Source: Eledone cirrhosa (taxonomy: Eukaryota). From it: a DNA stretch of 64,000 nucleotides. A program made the translations under genes and the position numbers. Below, piece after piece: positions 38,400 through 51,928 of the stretch; within the stretch, counting starts at the first letter, position 1; every line of letters starts with the position of its first letter. The stretch is from assembly GCA_964016885.1 (NCBI GenBank), contig OZ024742.1, positions 229,214,001 to 229,278,000 on the forward strand. Direction: 5' to 3'. Below the pieces are notes generated by a model. It did not search any database. It saw nothing but the letters and a program-made list of their open reading frames with translations, and had not been told where the DNA came from.

Positions 38400-39340
38400 G
38401 TATGCCCCTGCCCCTGCTAAGCAGTACAGTGAGCCCAATATCTATGTGTAAGGTAAACGACTTGGAGTGGTTGATCATTTGTCTTCCTGGGAAGCACTGT
38501 CAATCGATACAGCAACCTTGATAATGAAATTCCACTCAGCATTAGGAAAGCAAGTGATGCTTTCGGAAAGCTAGAAAGGCGCCTCTGGGGTTGGCGAGAC
38601 ATATGCAAGAAGAGAAAGGTAAAGGTGTACAAGGCATGTGGGCTCTCTTCTTTTCTTTATGCCTGCGAGACCTGGGTCACATATCGACACCAACTTAAAC
38701 AATTGAAGCGTTTCCATCAGATGTGTTTCAGACGGATCCGTGACGTTCACTGGAGGGACCACATCAGTGATATCGAGATTTTGGAAAGCTCTCTGTGTGA
38801 CAGTATAGAAGCTCTTGTGCTTAAGTAAAGACTCTGTTGGAGTGGTCACCTTGCCAGGAAGAACGGATTCTAGAATACCAAAACAACTCTTTTATGGAGA
38901 GTTAGTTAAAGGAAAACGACCTCCACATAAACCAAAAAAGAGGTATAAGGATTCGTTGAAAGCCTCTTTCAAAGACGCTAACATATCTGCTGATACATGG
39001 GAAAATGTTGCTGCTGATTTTAATAAATGGAGAAAGACTGTATATGAGGGGAAAGTTGCCTTTGAGGCATTTCGAATCGCATACGAGAAAGTAAAGAGGG
39101 ATGTGAGGAAGGGCATTGCTGTTGCACTTCCAGACAGCTAAAGTTCTCCTATAGCGCTGACATGCAGCGGCTGTGCGAGACTCCACCTCAGCAAAGCTGC
39201 ACTCGAAAGTCATCTTAGCAGTCATAAAGTTAACTACCAGGCTGCTGTTGGGGATGCTACTCATCATGCCTGCCAAGCATGTGGTAGAGAATGTAAATCA
39301 GCAGGAGGGCTCAAACGACATGGAAGTTCAGCTACACCCG
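38400..39340 (+). mobile_element. RTE-clade LINE 3' part (RT C-terminus plus C2H2-like finger), degraded
   Basis: KASDAFGKL..RLW; VYKAC..LYACETW..HQ.C.RRI..V.WRD; DSRIPKQLFYGELVKGKR..KPKKRYKDSLK; CQACGRECKS.GGLKRH. Confidence 0.85.
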
Positions 39341-40270
39341 TGTGTTTTAGTGATTTGGGTTGCCTTTTGCTTTTGATGATCTTGTGTGTTTCTAGAATCT
39401 TTTTCATTTTTTTATCTTTAAATAGAATGGGTAGGTTTTTGTGTAGGAGTTCGAACATATCGGTGTTTCTGGGGTTGAACTTGGATACATATGGTAAGGT
39501 ATTATTTGTGGTTCTGGGTTGATGAAAATTTGCGTGTTTTGCGTTGTCTATTCCGTTATTAATTATGTCAAGTGGGGAGGCTCTTAAGGTAAGTATGTTT
39601 TTGAGTTCATTTAGTCTTTGTTCACGTTTAGTTGGGTCCGATACTATGCATATACGTTTGGCTAAATTAAAAGGAATGTTAAGTTTTTTATGTTTTGGGT
39701 GATTTGATGTGAATAGGAGGTACTGTTTGGAGTCCGTGGGTTTATAAAAGATGTCTGTTTTTAGAATGAGAATATCCAAGAAGGCTAATTCCTTGGAGTT
39801 GGATTCCATTGGTAATTGTATATTATTGTTAATGTTGTTAATCATATTTTTGAAAAGAGTGAGTGTATTTATGTCTTCCTGCCATAGTATGAAGAAATCG
39901 TCTATGTATCTCTTCCAATTATTTTTGTGATGTGTAAGGAAAGAGTCTCCGAATAATAGAAGGGATTGGTTGTAGATTTGTTGTTCGTGGAATCCCATGA
40001 CTAAGTTGGCGTATGTGGGGGCTAACTTTGTGCCCATTGCAGTCCCTGAGATTTGACGGTATGTTGAGTCGTTGAAAGTAAAGAAATTATTCTGTAAGAT
40101 AAATCGGAGTCCATCAATAATGAAGTTTTTGTTGATGCGTGTTGGTATTGCAGATTGGTAAGTGTCTAGGCAATACTGGATTGCTGTTATTCCATAGTTA
40201 TGAGGTATATTAGTATAGAGGTTTACTACATCAAAGGAGACAAGAATTGTCTCTCTCATTTTTTCAATAA
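39340..40270 (-). pseudogene. Penelope-like reverse transcriptase core fragment
   Basis: LVSFDVVNLYTNIPH; NNFFTFN..YRQISGTAMGTKLAPTYANLVMG; WKRYIDDFF; AFLDI; YKPTDSKQYL..SNHP.H...NIPFNLA.RI; KRQPKSLK. Confidence 0.9.
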
Positions 40271-40410
40271 TGTCACCTTGACGAATCAAAGAAAGGATAA
40301 AAAAAGAAAAACAGACCCTTAAATATATTTTCTGTGCTATTTCCAACTTCACTTTTCTCTCCCTCTCTCTCTCTCCCCCTCTCTCTCTCTTTATATATAT
40401 ATATATGTGA

Positions 40411-40620
40411 AGGCGTGTGCCTGAGTGGTTAGACAATTGGATTCGCAATCGTAAGGTTGTGAGTTCGATTCCTGGACCAGGCGATGCGTTATGTCCTTGA
40501 GCAAGACACTTTATTTCACGTTGCTCCTTCTACCTGGAGTTGCAACCGATAGATAGTATTAGCAATTGGAAAGACCAACGGAAACATTGTTCCCTCGGTC
40601 CGATTTGACGAAAGTCGATC
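40411..40620 (+). mobile_element. tRNA-derived SINE, second family
   Basis: A box GTGCCTGAGTGG, B box GAGTTCGATTCC, body TGTCCTTGAGCAAGACACTTTATTTCACGTTGCTCC. Confidence 0.8.
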
Positions 40621-40677
40621 GTTCCTCTATATATATATATAGAGAGAGAGATAGAGAGGGAAAGAGAGAGACTGAGT

Positions 40678-40750
<73 letters not shown>

Positions 40751-41709
40751 TGTATTCACTTTTCGCACCACCGAGTGCTTTGCGACGGCCTCAAACAATA
40801 TCCGCATTACTGCGGCTACAACTTCGATGCATATTAAATATTATCCTCCTAGTTTTATGTACTTCATTAATAAGTTATTGGTTATATTTTCATCCATAAA
40901 CGCTAGTTGAGGGCTTTCTTTGGGGCTACGAAAATATCTTTGTTCACACCTTGAATTTATCCGCCTAAAGTTCGCCCAAATGACCTTCCCTTTTTGGGTG
41001 TGGTCACGTGATGATACTGGAGAATTTACTATCGAATAATGTTTGTTTAATTCCGGCAGAACCATATCGGATACCAATGAACAAACACCCGCTGACGAAA
41101 GGATCTCCAATTCCACCGCTTAACAATAGCTAGGTGCATTTACAACTTGTATATGCATTGTGAAACTCGGGATGCACTTTTTCCCGGTATCCCAGGAAAC
41201 TAACGAAGATTTCTATCGATCTCTATCGATTCGTATCTATTCGAGATGGTCAAGGTTAGTCTCCTACCTGTTTGGATTATTCGTTGTTGTAGATGGCTAC
41301 ATGGCTACTATGGCTACATATACCAAATCGTTTAATTCATGGTGCAACACTTTCTTAACTTTTTGTTTATTCTGGACGAAAAGTGTATTAAATTTTCGCA
41401 ACAGCTAGTATTTTGTGACGGCCTCAAACAATTCGAATGTTATCTATTCTACTGCGGCTACAAATCGATTTATGCCACACACACACACACACACGCACAC
41501 ACACACATGTATATATAACCAAAACTGTGTGTTTTCTTTTAGGTTTGTATTTTTGATTCCCTTACGCCTTGTGTATTCTTAAATAATTTTTATAAGGGTT
41601 AGGTAACGATATATATTCATATAACATTCGAATATTATTCCGATACGTGAAACAGTTGATTGATCAAGCAAACAAATATATGCAACATATAACTAGTCCA
41701 TATACACAT

Positions 41710-42088
41710 ATGCGGTCGCCCCCAAAGTCTCCAGACCACACGCTATGTGACTTCTTCCTCTGGATGTATGTAAAAGGCTTGGTGTACTTACCTACCCTCC
41801 TGGAGACGTGGGTGACCTGAAGACTCAAATAACTGAAGCCTATGCGAGGTCACGTCTGGGAAGACATGTATTAACGTTGGGATGTGTGTCGTGTAACCCG
41901 CGGCACGCACATTGAGACATCTAGAAATGTTTAATAATAAATTAATTTCTCGCACGTTTGTGATCAAGTATTTTGTACAGAAACTTGAAAATATTAGCTT
42001 TCAGGAAATGTAAAGTGTTTTGATACCCTCAATAGTTACTAATATGCAAAGTGTTGTAATGTGACATATATTTTTGGAACACTCTGTA
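41710..42088 (+). mobile_element. Tc1/mariner transposase 3' remnant with terminal-repeat-like end
   Basis: SPDHTLCDFFLWMYVKGLVY resembles the SPDL.P.DF.LWG..K motif. Ends TTTTTGGAACACTCTG-TA. Confidence 0.6.
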
Positions 42089-42344
42089 TTTGTATCAAAG
42101 TAAAGCGTACAAATAGACTTTTATAAGGAGAAAATGATATTCTTTTATTCTTTTCTTTATTCCAGTCATTTGACAGCGATCATATAATTGTACAAAGTTC
42201 GAGTTATATAATTTGCGCATATATAACCTCTTTCATTCAACTAATGCTAACTTGAATTAAACTCCTATTACTTTAAGAAGCCTGAAATATAGCCGTTTCT
42301 CCTATTATAAGAAACCATTCTGTTACCGTGTTGAAAGCACGCTG

Positions 42345-42660
42345 CTTAAGAGTTAGGGTAATCAGATGACGATCGAACGGTTATGAATTCGATTCGTAGT
42401 GGCGGGTTGTGTTCTTGCGAAAAACACATTATTCCATGTTGCTCCAGTCGATTCGCTGGCAAAAATTAGTTGTACTCATGATTCAAAGAGCTAGCTTTAT
42501 CATAGACTGTGTCATGTTGAATCTTTCTGAGAACTACATTACGACTACACGTGTGTGCGTGTGTGGAATGCTCCGCCGTTCATACGTTAATTTCACGAAC
42601 ATACTGTTTCGTTGCACAAACAACTAGAATACCCGTCGTGGGAACCGATGGAAGTCAATT
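42345..42660 (+). mobile_element. tRNA-derived SINE, second family (degenerate; a related fragment lies at 43060-43190)
   Basis: TTCGATTCG..GTGTTCTTGCGAAAAACACATTATTCCATGTTGCTCCAGTC..CTGAGAACTACATT. Confidence 0.55.
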
Positions 42661-43651
42661 AAATTGTTTTATTATAGTTTTGTGTTCCGTTTTAACAATT
42701 ATATTTCATGGAAATAATAGATGTGTGTATGTGTAGGAGTACATATCAATGTGTCCACCGAATATCTGTGTGTTTCTGTGTGTGTGAGGGCTAATGTAAT
42801 GAGTTGCGTTGATGAAACAACTAGAAAACTTGTCATTCTAACCGATAAAGCTTTAAAACAACCACATATGCCTTCTTTATTTCTGAATGGCTGCAATCCT
42901 TAAGTGCTGCCTGGGTCATATTGTCTGGCAACTTGAGCTACGGAAAAACCCAAGTATTTTTAGTGAAACTGAATAGAGGGAAGCTATTTGGAATCCCGTT
43001 CGATGGATTCTACCTGTAATATCAAGAGTGAATATTGTCAAAGATTCTGCCACAACAAATCTCTCCGAGAACCACCTTAAGGGTATACGTGTCTGTGAAA
43101 TGCTCAGCCACCTACCTGTTAATTACACGAGTTGGTTGCCTCGCTAAGCGAACAATTGGAACATTAGTCGTTAGAATCGACGGAAATCCAGCACATATGC
43201 CTTCTTTCAACCAACTAATATTATCTTCAATAAAAATCACATTACATGGATATATAGCTTGACATATATCCATTTCGTCTATTATAATCAATCATGTTGT
43301 TGCTATGTGTTTATCTACGTCACAGCTAAAGTATATATTGCTAGAGATAGAAATATCACATTTTACAATAAACAGCTCATTCAGTTCAATCAGCATCACA
43401 TAGAGAGGACATTGATCATATGTAAAATAATAAGCTGAGTAGGGAAATAAGTATTACTAGTCTCACAATAACACATCACAATAGTACACAAGAAAAGATG
43501 GTTACTTACGTATCTATGGTTATGAATGTATTACTCTTCATTTATCTATCTATATATCTAACAAATATATATATAGTAGGTGAACAATTGAAAGTGGATA
43601 TATACATTCGTGTTTTATCAAGTAACGCTTTGGTTACTTCCTGTATAATGT

Positions 43652-43695
<44 letters not shown>

Positions 43696-43882
43696 GGCAA
43701 GTGGAAAATATAACTCTATTTGTATTTATATGTAATATATATAATAAAGGTAAGCATGAAAACAGCAACACTCTACCGTAATAGTACAATTAAGAAGAAG
43801 AAAAGGAGAGAGAAAACACATGATGTTGCAGTCCTCTTATAAACACACATACACATGTATATATATATGTGTGTGTGTGTAA

Positions 43883-43947
<65 letters not shown>

Positions 43948-44979
43948 AACATATATATATGTTTGTATATATATATATGCAAACATATATATGTTTGTAT
44001 ATAGAATAAGAAAAAGCGAAGTAGTTTCAGATGTTAAAGGTCTTTAATGAAAATGCTGTGATACATATTTCAATGACGACAGTGGCCACACGGTTCGATG
44101 CGCCCAGTGCAGTGACATCATCAGACAGCTTGTTACATAATAAGGTTATGTTTCCGAGGCAATCCAAATTGAATCGACATGGGAACGGACAAAGTGTGTG
44201 TTCTTGAGTTCTCCGCCCGTTCCCTTGTGAGTCCCAATTCACCCCCACCGGTCTGCGCAGGCGCAAGTCCGAAGGAAGTTGACCATCAACTACCGCAGAG
44301 TTCTACAAAACTCGCCTAGGCAGGTCCCCCTCTCAAACAAACAATGACCACATCCAGGCCTGTAATATGACACGGCTATAATTTACTGCTAGCCACCCTG
44401 TTAGTGGCGCCGGCCGAAAGCTAGTGGGGATGGGAGAGTATGAGTCCAATAGGTCCAATACCACCCCTAAATTAAGCATAGACAGTAAAATTGACCATCA
44501 ACCGCTAAGAGAATATATACTTATTTCTAGGTATTATGGTTTCACAGTGGAAATTATGAATGAGAGTTGGAAATTAAAACTAAAAATTAAAAATCAAAAA
44601 TCAAAAATTAAAAAAATTACAAGTTAGAATCTAGATTGAAGTAAGTAAAAAAAATATATGTACATGTAGTAACTAATAAATAGGGAGATCTTTAAGTTAT
44701 AGTAAGAAGTTTTGAAAGGAGGATCAATGTTACAGATATATTATCTACAAATTGAACAATAGTACCGTACAGTAAATTACAGTATGAAATGTAGTAGTTA
44801 GGCGAATACATAGTTAATATCTCTATCACATGGAACAAAACAAAAAATACAAAATATAAAATACACAAAAAAAATACAAAATATACATAAAATACATAGA
44901 TGCAAAATGAGATAGGAGACACATATGTAAAATGAGATAGGAGATATATATGAGAAATATATACGAGGAAGGTAAACTG

Positions 44980-45180
44980 CATGTCCAGTGATTCTTTCCA
45001 GTGACATTCTACCCACACGCCCATAGTATAGGAGCTGTGATCTCTCAATCGAAGAAGTAGTTTCTCTACCTGAAGTGACTCTCTGATCCCCGAGTTATGC
45101 ACTCTATCGATTAACGTTATTCCAAAGAAGCTTCGGAGGAATTCCATTTCAACCGCTTGTATTCGTGATCGCACGGGAAT
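44980..45180 (-). mobile_element. RTE-like LINE RT C-terminal fragment
   Basis: RSRIQAVEMEFLRSFFGITLIDRVHNSGIRESLQV. Confidence 0.7.
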
Positions 45181-45276
45181 AATACCGTCATTTCTATAAC
45201 AGAGTCGGGCACGATCGTCACAGATCGAACCTTGAGTTGATCAATCGCGAAAGGCACGTTCCACCACAAGAAATTA

Positions 45277-46249
45277 TCTATATATATAAAACTGTGGTTG
45301 TCTGTCTGTCTATCGATTTTTGGCACACATCTCCTCTTAGAATCTCTCACGGAATTGCACCGAAATTGCTATACTTGTACATTGAGCCCTAGCGAAGACA
45401 TCGGAAAAAATAAATTTCAAATTGACCCACCCTATCTGACGTAATCGAATATAATGTATCGATTTTTGAGCGTAAGTGATCAGTTATTTCCCTTTGTTCT
45501 GTTTACATTGAGCGTCTTACGTAAAAAATTACGCTGGCTTTCTCAGCGTTTAAAATGACATTAACACAATACACGAACAGTTAGTTGTCGAGCCAGCAAA
45601 ATATTGACCTGCAAAATTCATCAGTTCGAACACTAAGCTTCCGTTTTGCTTCATTTCCATTTAAAAGCATTTTAAAACAATATTTTTACTTGAAAACAAG
45701 TCTATTTAAAGACTACGTAAAACAAGCAAATATTTCGTCGTTAGGCGTGCAGACAGACAGTCGTGCAGAGAGGTGATATAGGCGTGCAGACAGACAGTCG
45801 TGCAGAGAGGTGATATAGGCGTGCAGACAGACAGTCGTGCAGAGAGGTGATATAGGCGTGCAGACAGACAGTCGTGCAGAGAGGTGATATAGGCGTGCAG
45901 ACAGACAGTCGTGCAGAGAGGTGATATAGGCGTGCAGACAGACATAACTGATAATTTGGTTACGCTAATGTTTTTCTCTGCGTTGCAGTGTTTACATTTT
46001 CGATCTTTGTTAATAAATAACCAGTGCAGTTTCTATCCCCAGCATCCTCTTTTGTTATAACATTCGGGTTATCGTTATGTTTTCTTAACTTCATAAGGCA
46101 TATTGTTGGTTGAGGGAATATTAATCAAAAACACCACATGCAAGTCTGCACAGTAGACACTACAGTTTTTAAGCCAAGAAAGAAACTTAACATTGTAACT
46201 TTAACACAGCTACTGAGCGACCCCGAGCAACGCCGGGCTTTACTGCTAG
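45277..46249 (+). mobile_element. Non-autonomous Helitron-like element
   Basis: A|TC 5' end (TCTATATATATAAAA..GTCTGTCTGTCT), subterminal hairpin CCCG-AGCAACGC-CGGG at 46222-46237, CTAG|T 3' end. Confidence 0.75.
45742..45944. repeat. 37-bp minisatellite, 5 perfect units plus a partial unit
   Basis: Unit TAGGCGTGCAGACAGACAGTCGTGCAGAGAGGTGATA at 45742, 45779, 45816, 45853, 45890 and 45927. Confidence 0.95.
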
Positions 46250-46382
46250 TATATATATATAATATAAGCAAGTGTAGTACCATGAAAAATATATAAACAA
46301 AACCTTATTTATCTTAACATATATACATACATATATACATACATATATACATATACATACACACATAACCCCACATATACAC

Positions 46383-47315
46383 GTATGTATGTATGTATGT
46401 ATGTATGTATGTATGTATGTATGTATGTATGTATGTATGTATGTATGTATGTATGTATGTACGTACGTATGTATGCATGTATGTACGTACGTACGTATGT
46501 ATGTATGTATGTATGTATGTATGTATGTATGTATGTATGTATGTATGTATGTATGTATGTATGCATGTACGTACGTATGTATGTATGTATGTGTGTATGT
46601 ATGTATGTGTGTATGTATGTATGTGTGTATGTATGTATGTATGTATGTATGTATGTATGTATGTATGTATGTACGTACGTATGTATGCATGTACGTACGT
46701 ATGTATGTATGTATGTGTGTATGTATGTGTGTATGTATGTATGTATGTATGTATGTACGTACGTATGTATGCATGTACGTACGTATGTATGTATGTATGT
46801 GTGTATGTATGTGTGTATGTATGTATGTATGTATGTATGTACGTACGTACGTATGTATGTATGTATGTATGTACGTACGTATGTATGTATGTATGTATGT
46901 ATGTATGTATGTATGTATGTACGTACGTATGTATGTATGTATGTATGTATGTATGTATGTATGTACGTATGTATGCATGTATGTACGTACGTATGTATGT
47001 ATGTATGTATGTATGTATGTATGTATGTACGTATGTATGCATGTATGTACGTACGTATGTATGTATGTATGTATGTATGTATGTATGTATGTATGTATGT
47101 ATGTATGTATGTATGTATGTATGTATGTATGTATGTATGTATGCATGTACGTACGTATGTATGTACGCACGTATGTATGCATGTATGTATGTATGTATGT
47201 ATGTATGTATGTATGTATGTATGTATGTATGTATGTATGTATGTATGTATGTATGTATGTATGTATGTGTGTATGTATGTATGTATGTATGTATGTATGT
47301 ATGTATGTATGTATG

Positions 47316-47346
<31 letters not shown>

Positions 47347-47940
47347 ATATGTATGTATGTACGTACGTATGTATGCATGTTTGTACGTACGTATGTATGT
47401 ATGTATGTATGTATGTATGTATGTATGTATGTATGTATGTATGTATGTATGTATGTATGTGTGTATGTATGCATGTATGTATGTACGTACGTATGTATGC
47501 ATGTATGTACGTACGTATGTATGTATGTATGTATGTATGTATGTATGTATGTATGTATGTATGTATGTATGTATGTATGTATATATATATATGTATGTAC
47601 GTATGTATGTATGTATGTATGTATGTACGTATGTACGTATGTATGTATGTATGTATGTATGTATGTATGTATGTATGTATGTATGTATGTATGTGTGTAT
47701 GTATGTATGTATGTATGTGTGTATGTATGTATGTATGTATGTGTGTATGTATGTATGTATGTATGTATGTATGTATGTATGTGTGTATGTATGTATGTAT
47801 GTATGTGTGTATGTATGTATGTATGTATGTGTGTATGTATGTATGTATGTATGTATGTATGTATGTATGTATATATGTATGTATGTATGTGTGTGTGTAT
47901 GTATGTATGTATGTATGTGTGTATGTATGTATGTATGTAT
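46383..47940. repeat. ~1.56-kb complex (TATG)n satellite with TACG, TGCA and TGTG variants
   Basis: Direct sequence; produces the spurious 330-590 aa ORFs. Confidence 0.98.
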
Positions 47941-48539
47941 GAATATATCGACTATCGGATGGCTGTCTTCGCTGTATAATGATTCAATGAAAATTGCAAT
48001 AGGAAAAAGAAGCCCTGGTGTGTGATATTGTCTGCAATGGTCTCTGTTCTGATTGTTTTGCCTAATAATCAAAGAAGCCTCTATTTTGTTACATCATTAC
48101 AAAGCCCATTGCCCTGCTACCTAACATCTGTGTAAAACTGAAGAAGGTCTGTGATGAGATTAATTTAAAATGATGCAGCTATTTGCTCTTACAAAATTTA
48201 AAAAAATATATATATCTTCTAATGTTGATGGTGACTGATCCTCCGCCGGTTTCTACGATGAGTATTTACTTGTTCGATCAACTGAACACCGAACTCTTGA
48301 ATGAAGAGTGTCCATTTGCCTTTGACTTTTTCGTTCCGTACGATTCTTTGCATTCGAAAGATCCTCCTCTACAGATATTGCTTTTCAGCGCCCCTCTTGC
48401 ATCTCCCATCAAAGAGTGTAATGGCGCCCACTGTGGGGATTACTGGTGTATACGGACTCTTCAATTTAAGCAAGTCTGTTTTCACCTTAACGACCATCTG
48501 ATGACAAAATACTCGATAGGATAATCCCCACGTTCACTA

Positions 48540-49250
48540 AGTTAGCAGATAAAAATCGTATTAGCGTCATATAATTTGACATAGGCAATTTTTATTCCTC
48601 TATCACCCCTAGCCTTCTAAATAAAGCCTTAATTAATGCAAATATTAAGAACGATTGAACTAGAACTGAAATTGACATAATCTAACTGTAAGGAAAACAA
48701 TAATAGAATTTGACAGTAACCTTTGGATCAGGAAATATCGACCTGCTAAGTTTGATATCACAATAGGATCTAGCGATTCGACCCAGGATACTGACTTATT
48801 TGGTCTTTTCGTACTAGATAATCTACACAAAGTTTTTATCGTGATGATGCTCTTTCACAATTAACTGCAACAATAGTAATTTAGAAAGAACAAAAAAAAT
48901 TTAAATGGGCTTTTTAAAGATAAACTATTAAATATGACGATAGATATAAAAAATAATGTAGTTAATTTCCTAGATTCCTTTGTATTAAACATTGAGCTTT
49001 ATAAACCTTATTATAAACCAGGTGAGCACCTTTTCTATGTAAATAACCTCTCAAACCACCATAAATCTATACTTAAGTTTATCGTAAAAACTCTATCTTA
49101 TTTCTACACTGACCTCCAATAGAGTTATCTTTAAACAAAATACACGATATTGCAATGAAGCGTTAACTAGACCAGGTTATAACGAGGAAATCCAGTACAA
49201 AATAGATAAAAATAAGTGTAGTAGAAACTCAAATGTAATTACACCCATAG
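48540..49250 (+). pseudogene. Highly degraded PLE reverse transcriptase, same type as 4109-5134
   Basis: FDIGNFYSSITP.LL.KAL; FDITIGSSDS; YRDDAL; VNFLD..YKPYYKP..YVNNLSNH. Confidence 0.7.
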
Positions 49251-49459
49251 CATATTATGCAGATCTAACCTTGATAAAATCTAACTTAAAGGACATAAAC
49301 GATAAAGCTATTGATCAGGTTATCACTCTATTATTAAAACTATAAATATATCATCTAACGCAAGTACGTACATAAGCTATCAACAATAGATATATGAACC
49401 ATTATAGAAATAGAAGTAAGAGTAACAAAAATAACTATAAGGATAGGTATGTAGATGAT

Positions 49460-49620
49460 TTAGGCACAATGTCAACAATTTCGATTAACTCGACCCAGTG
49501 CGTTACTGGTACTTTATTTTATCGACCCCGAAAGGATTAAAGTTAAAGCCAACCTCGACAGGATTTGAACTCAGAACGTAAATAACTGTAACTATATGCC
49601 ACAAAACCTGTTGTCCGAGG
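49460..49620 (-). mobile_element. Meta-type SINE
   Basis: ACTGGTACTTTATTTTATCGACCCCGAAAGGA..GGATTTGAACTCAGAACGTAAA. Confidence 0.8.
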
Positions 49621-49639
49621 CTCTTTTTATTTTCATAAT

Positions 49640-50575
49640 TGTGATTCTACTTAATAAGCGATAGCATTCACATACCTTGTCTTGAACTTCTTATCAGCCA
49701 GCGCTTGCCACCTTATCCTGTAGGTTGAGTTCGACCTGATAGTTATGCGTGTTTTGTTGGCTTTACGTAGTTTTATGCTGCAAATAACTAGCTGGTGGTC
49801 AGTTGACAGCTCAGTCTCTCTTTTAACACGAACATTCATCACAGACTCGAAGAGATCTGAGAAAAATAACAAATAACAATGACCTTATACCGTGAATATT
49901 TATGGATATATTTTTGCTGGAAGATGGTGTTCATAATAGGGAGCCCCTTACTAGAACAGAAATCAATAAGGCCTGTCCATTTGTATTTACATCAGAATCG
50001 CAGTTTCTTCCAATCACACCTTTCCATATTAGCTGGTCAGTGCATTGAAGTCTCCCATTAGGACATACGACATCTAATTCTGCAGTGACTTTCTCCAGGA
50101 AGTATCTGTATCCAAACTCTCTCTTTGCTATCAACCTGCACCATATACAGAGACATTTCCTTCAGCCTGAGCTTCAATGGACAATTACTTCCTCCTTCTG
50201 GGATCCAGTCCATAAGACATTCCGACAGACGGGGACTTGGGAGTCTCCCCATTCAAGCTTGTGCTGTCATTTCTGGCACCACATCCGAATAGTGGAATTT
50301 CCTTCATCCATCCAAATCTACAGTACCAGAATCATGGAATTTTGTTGAGAAAACCCCGACTATATCTCGCCGGTAGCTTCTGTCCAGCTTTGCTAGTATA
50401 TGCTTTTTACCTGTAAGGGTTGTAACGTCCGTTGCTAATTTTTAAGGTTTGCTCCCTTCTAAACCCATAGCCAGTTCTTGCAGCACTGGGTGGAGACTGC
50501 AATATATTTTTCGAACAAGCCTCTCTACTTAAAGCCTGAACGCGTCCCTTGTTACACCGCAGGCCAATGAGGGAA
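49640..50575 (-). mobile_element. RTE-like LINE 5' part (UTR and APE endonuclease remnant)
   Basis: WKGVIGRNCDSDVNTNGQALL; VRVKRETELSTDHQLV. Confidence 0.65.
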
Positions 50576-50639
50576 TGAATACTTTTATTCATCTAACAAT
50601 ATTGTTGTGTTTTTTTGGTCAAAAAATAAAAGCCTACAA

Positions 50640-50673
<34 letters not shown>

Positions 50674-50995
50674 ACACGCAGACACACACACACACACACA
50701 TACACACACAGAGACACACAAGGACACACAGACAGACAGACACACACGCACACACACACGCACGCACACACACACAAAGACACACATATATAACGCTCTC
50801 TCTGTCTCTCTTTTTTTCTCTTGAAAAAATTGACATCGTTCAGCTTTAAATGACGCATTTCTAACTACTTGAATGCCTTTCTTTTTACAGTAGTATTTCC
50901 ATTTCACTATTTAGCAATATTCAGTCACACACACCACAAACAACTCCACCTGTCACTTTCTTTATCATACATGCTACAATCCATCTTTTTGTTTT

Positions 50996-51180
50996 GTGGA
51001 TTGGCAGTATCGGTAGAGAGTCGGATACCATGATTTGAAGCATAGAGTTACGTCTCTTTATGATCTGAGTTCAAATCCCGCCGAGGTTAACTTTGCTTTT
51101 CATTCTTACGGGGTCGATAAAATAAAGTACCAGTAATGTACTGCGTAATTGCTGGCCTTGTGCCTAATATAGAAACAATT
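50996..51180 (+). mobile_element. Meta-type SINE
   Basis: TGGCAGTATCGG (A box), GAGTTCAAATCC (B box), GCTTTTCATTCTTACGGGGTCGATAAAATAAAGTACCAG. Confidence 0.88.
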
Positions 51181-51518
51181 ATCATATTATCGAATGATAA
51201 GCTGTGCATAAATTAATATTATATTTATATCAAGCATGTGTGATACAATCAGTTGCTTGATCGTTCGTTTATCTGAGGTTAACGTTCTATAGATTTCCAG
51301 TACCCGTTACTTCAAGGAAGAACCAAAATGTGTAATTCAAGGCATGATGTGAAACGGTTTCAACTGGAATGTAGAAACATTCAACGAAAAAATATCCGCT
51401 GCAATTTAGTAATCGATGCCGTATAGGGCTACAAGATAAGATAAAAAATAATGTACCATTTCAATTTGGTAATAGTAAACTACTGTTTAGTTAGAAATAT
51501 TTTCATAACCTTTTAAGT

Positions 51519-51606
51519 AATTGTTTCTACGTTAGGCACAAGGCCAGCAATCACCCAGTGTATTACTGGTACTTTATTTTATCGACCCCGTAAGGATGAA
51601 AAGCAA
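51519..51606 (-). mobile_element. Meta-type SINE, 3' half
   Basis: TTGTTTCTAC..GGCACAAGGCCAGCAA..ACTGGTACTTTATTTTATCGACCCCG. Confidence 0.75.
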
Positions 51607-51763
51607 AAAAGTAATATTCTGTAATAAGATAGTCTATCAAGTCTATCAATATTATGTAATATCGCCAGAGATTCTGAAACTGTTTAAGGAGATAGAATTC
51701 GGGTCTCTACTAGTAAATACGCTATGGTATACGCCGCATAATTTGGCGCTGATATATATATAT

Positions 51764-51928
51764 GAAGAAGTATGACCCCGACGGCAGAGCTCAAGCCGTT
51801 TCGACGGCTATTTCTGGACTAAATATTTATTACCCACACTACTACCCTATTACCCACTCTACTGCCCTAAGTATTGAGTACTTTGGTGCGTTATGGTTCA
51901 TCTGGTTCCTTACCACAATTCCTTCGTT
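51764..51928 (+). mobile_element. Fold-back family A, copy 4 (right arm internally deleted)
   Basis: Left arm GACCCCGACGGCAGAGCTCAAGCCGTTTCGACGGCTA joined to the family tail, whose start is duplicated. Confidence 0.8.

Noticed and set aside
40780-41463. Tc1-like relic with a short direct repeat (GACGGCCTCAAACAAT..CTGCGGCTACAA)
   Set aside because: Similarity to the WP..SPDL motif is too faint and no TIRs were found.
45742-45944. CRISPR-like array of 37-bp repeats
   Set aside because: The units are contiguous with no unique spacers, the context is eukaryotic, and there are no cas genes.
46187-48072. Six long ORFs (331-587 aa) of HTYI/MYVC repeats
   Set aside because: They are translations of the stop-free (TATG)n satellite, with no coding signal.
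50996-51085. tRNA gene
   Set aside because: A and B boxes are present, but there is no cloverleaf and it continues into the SINE body.
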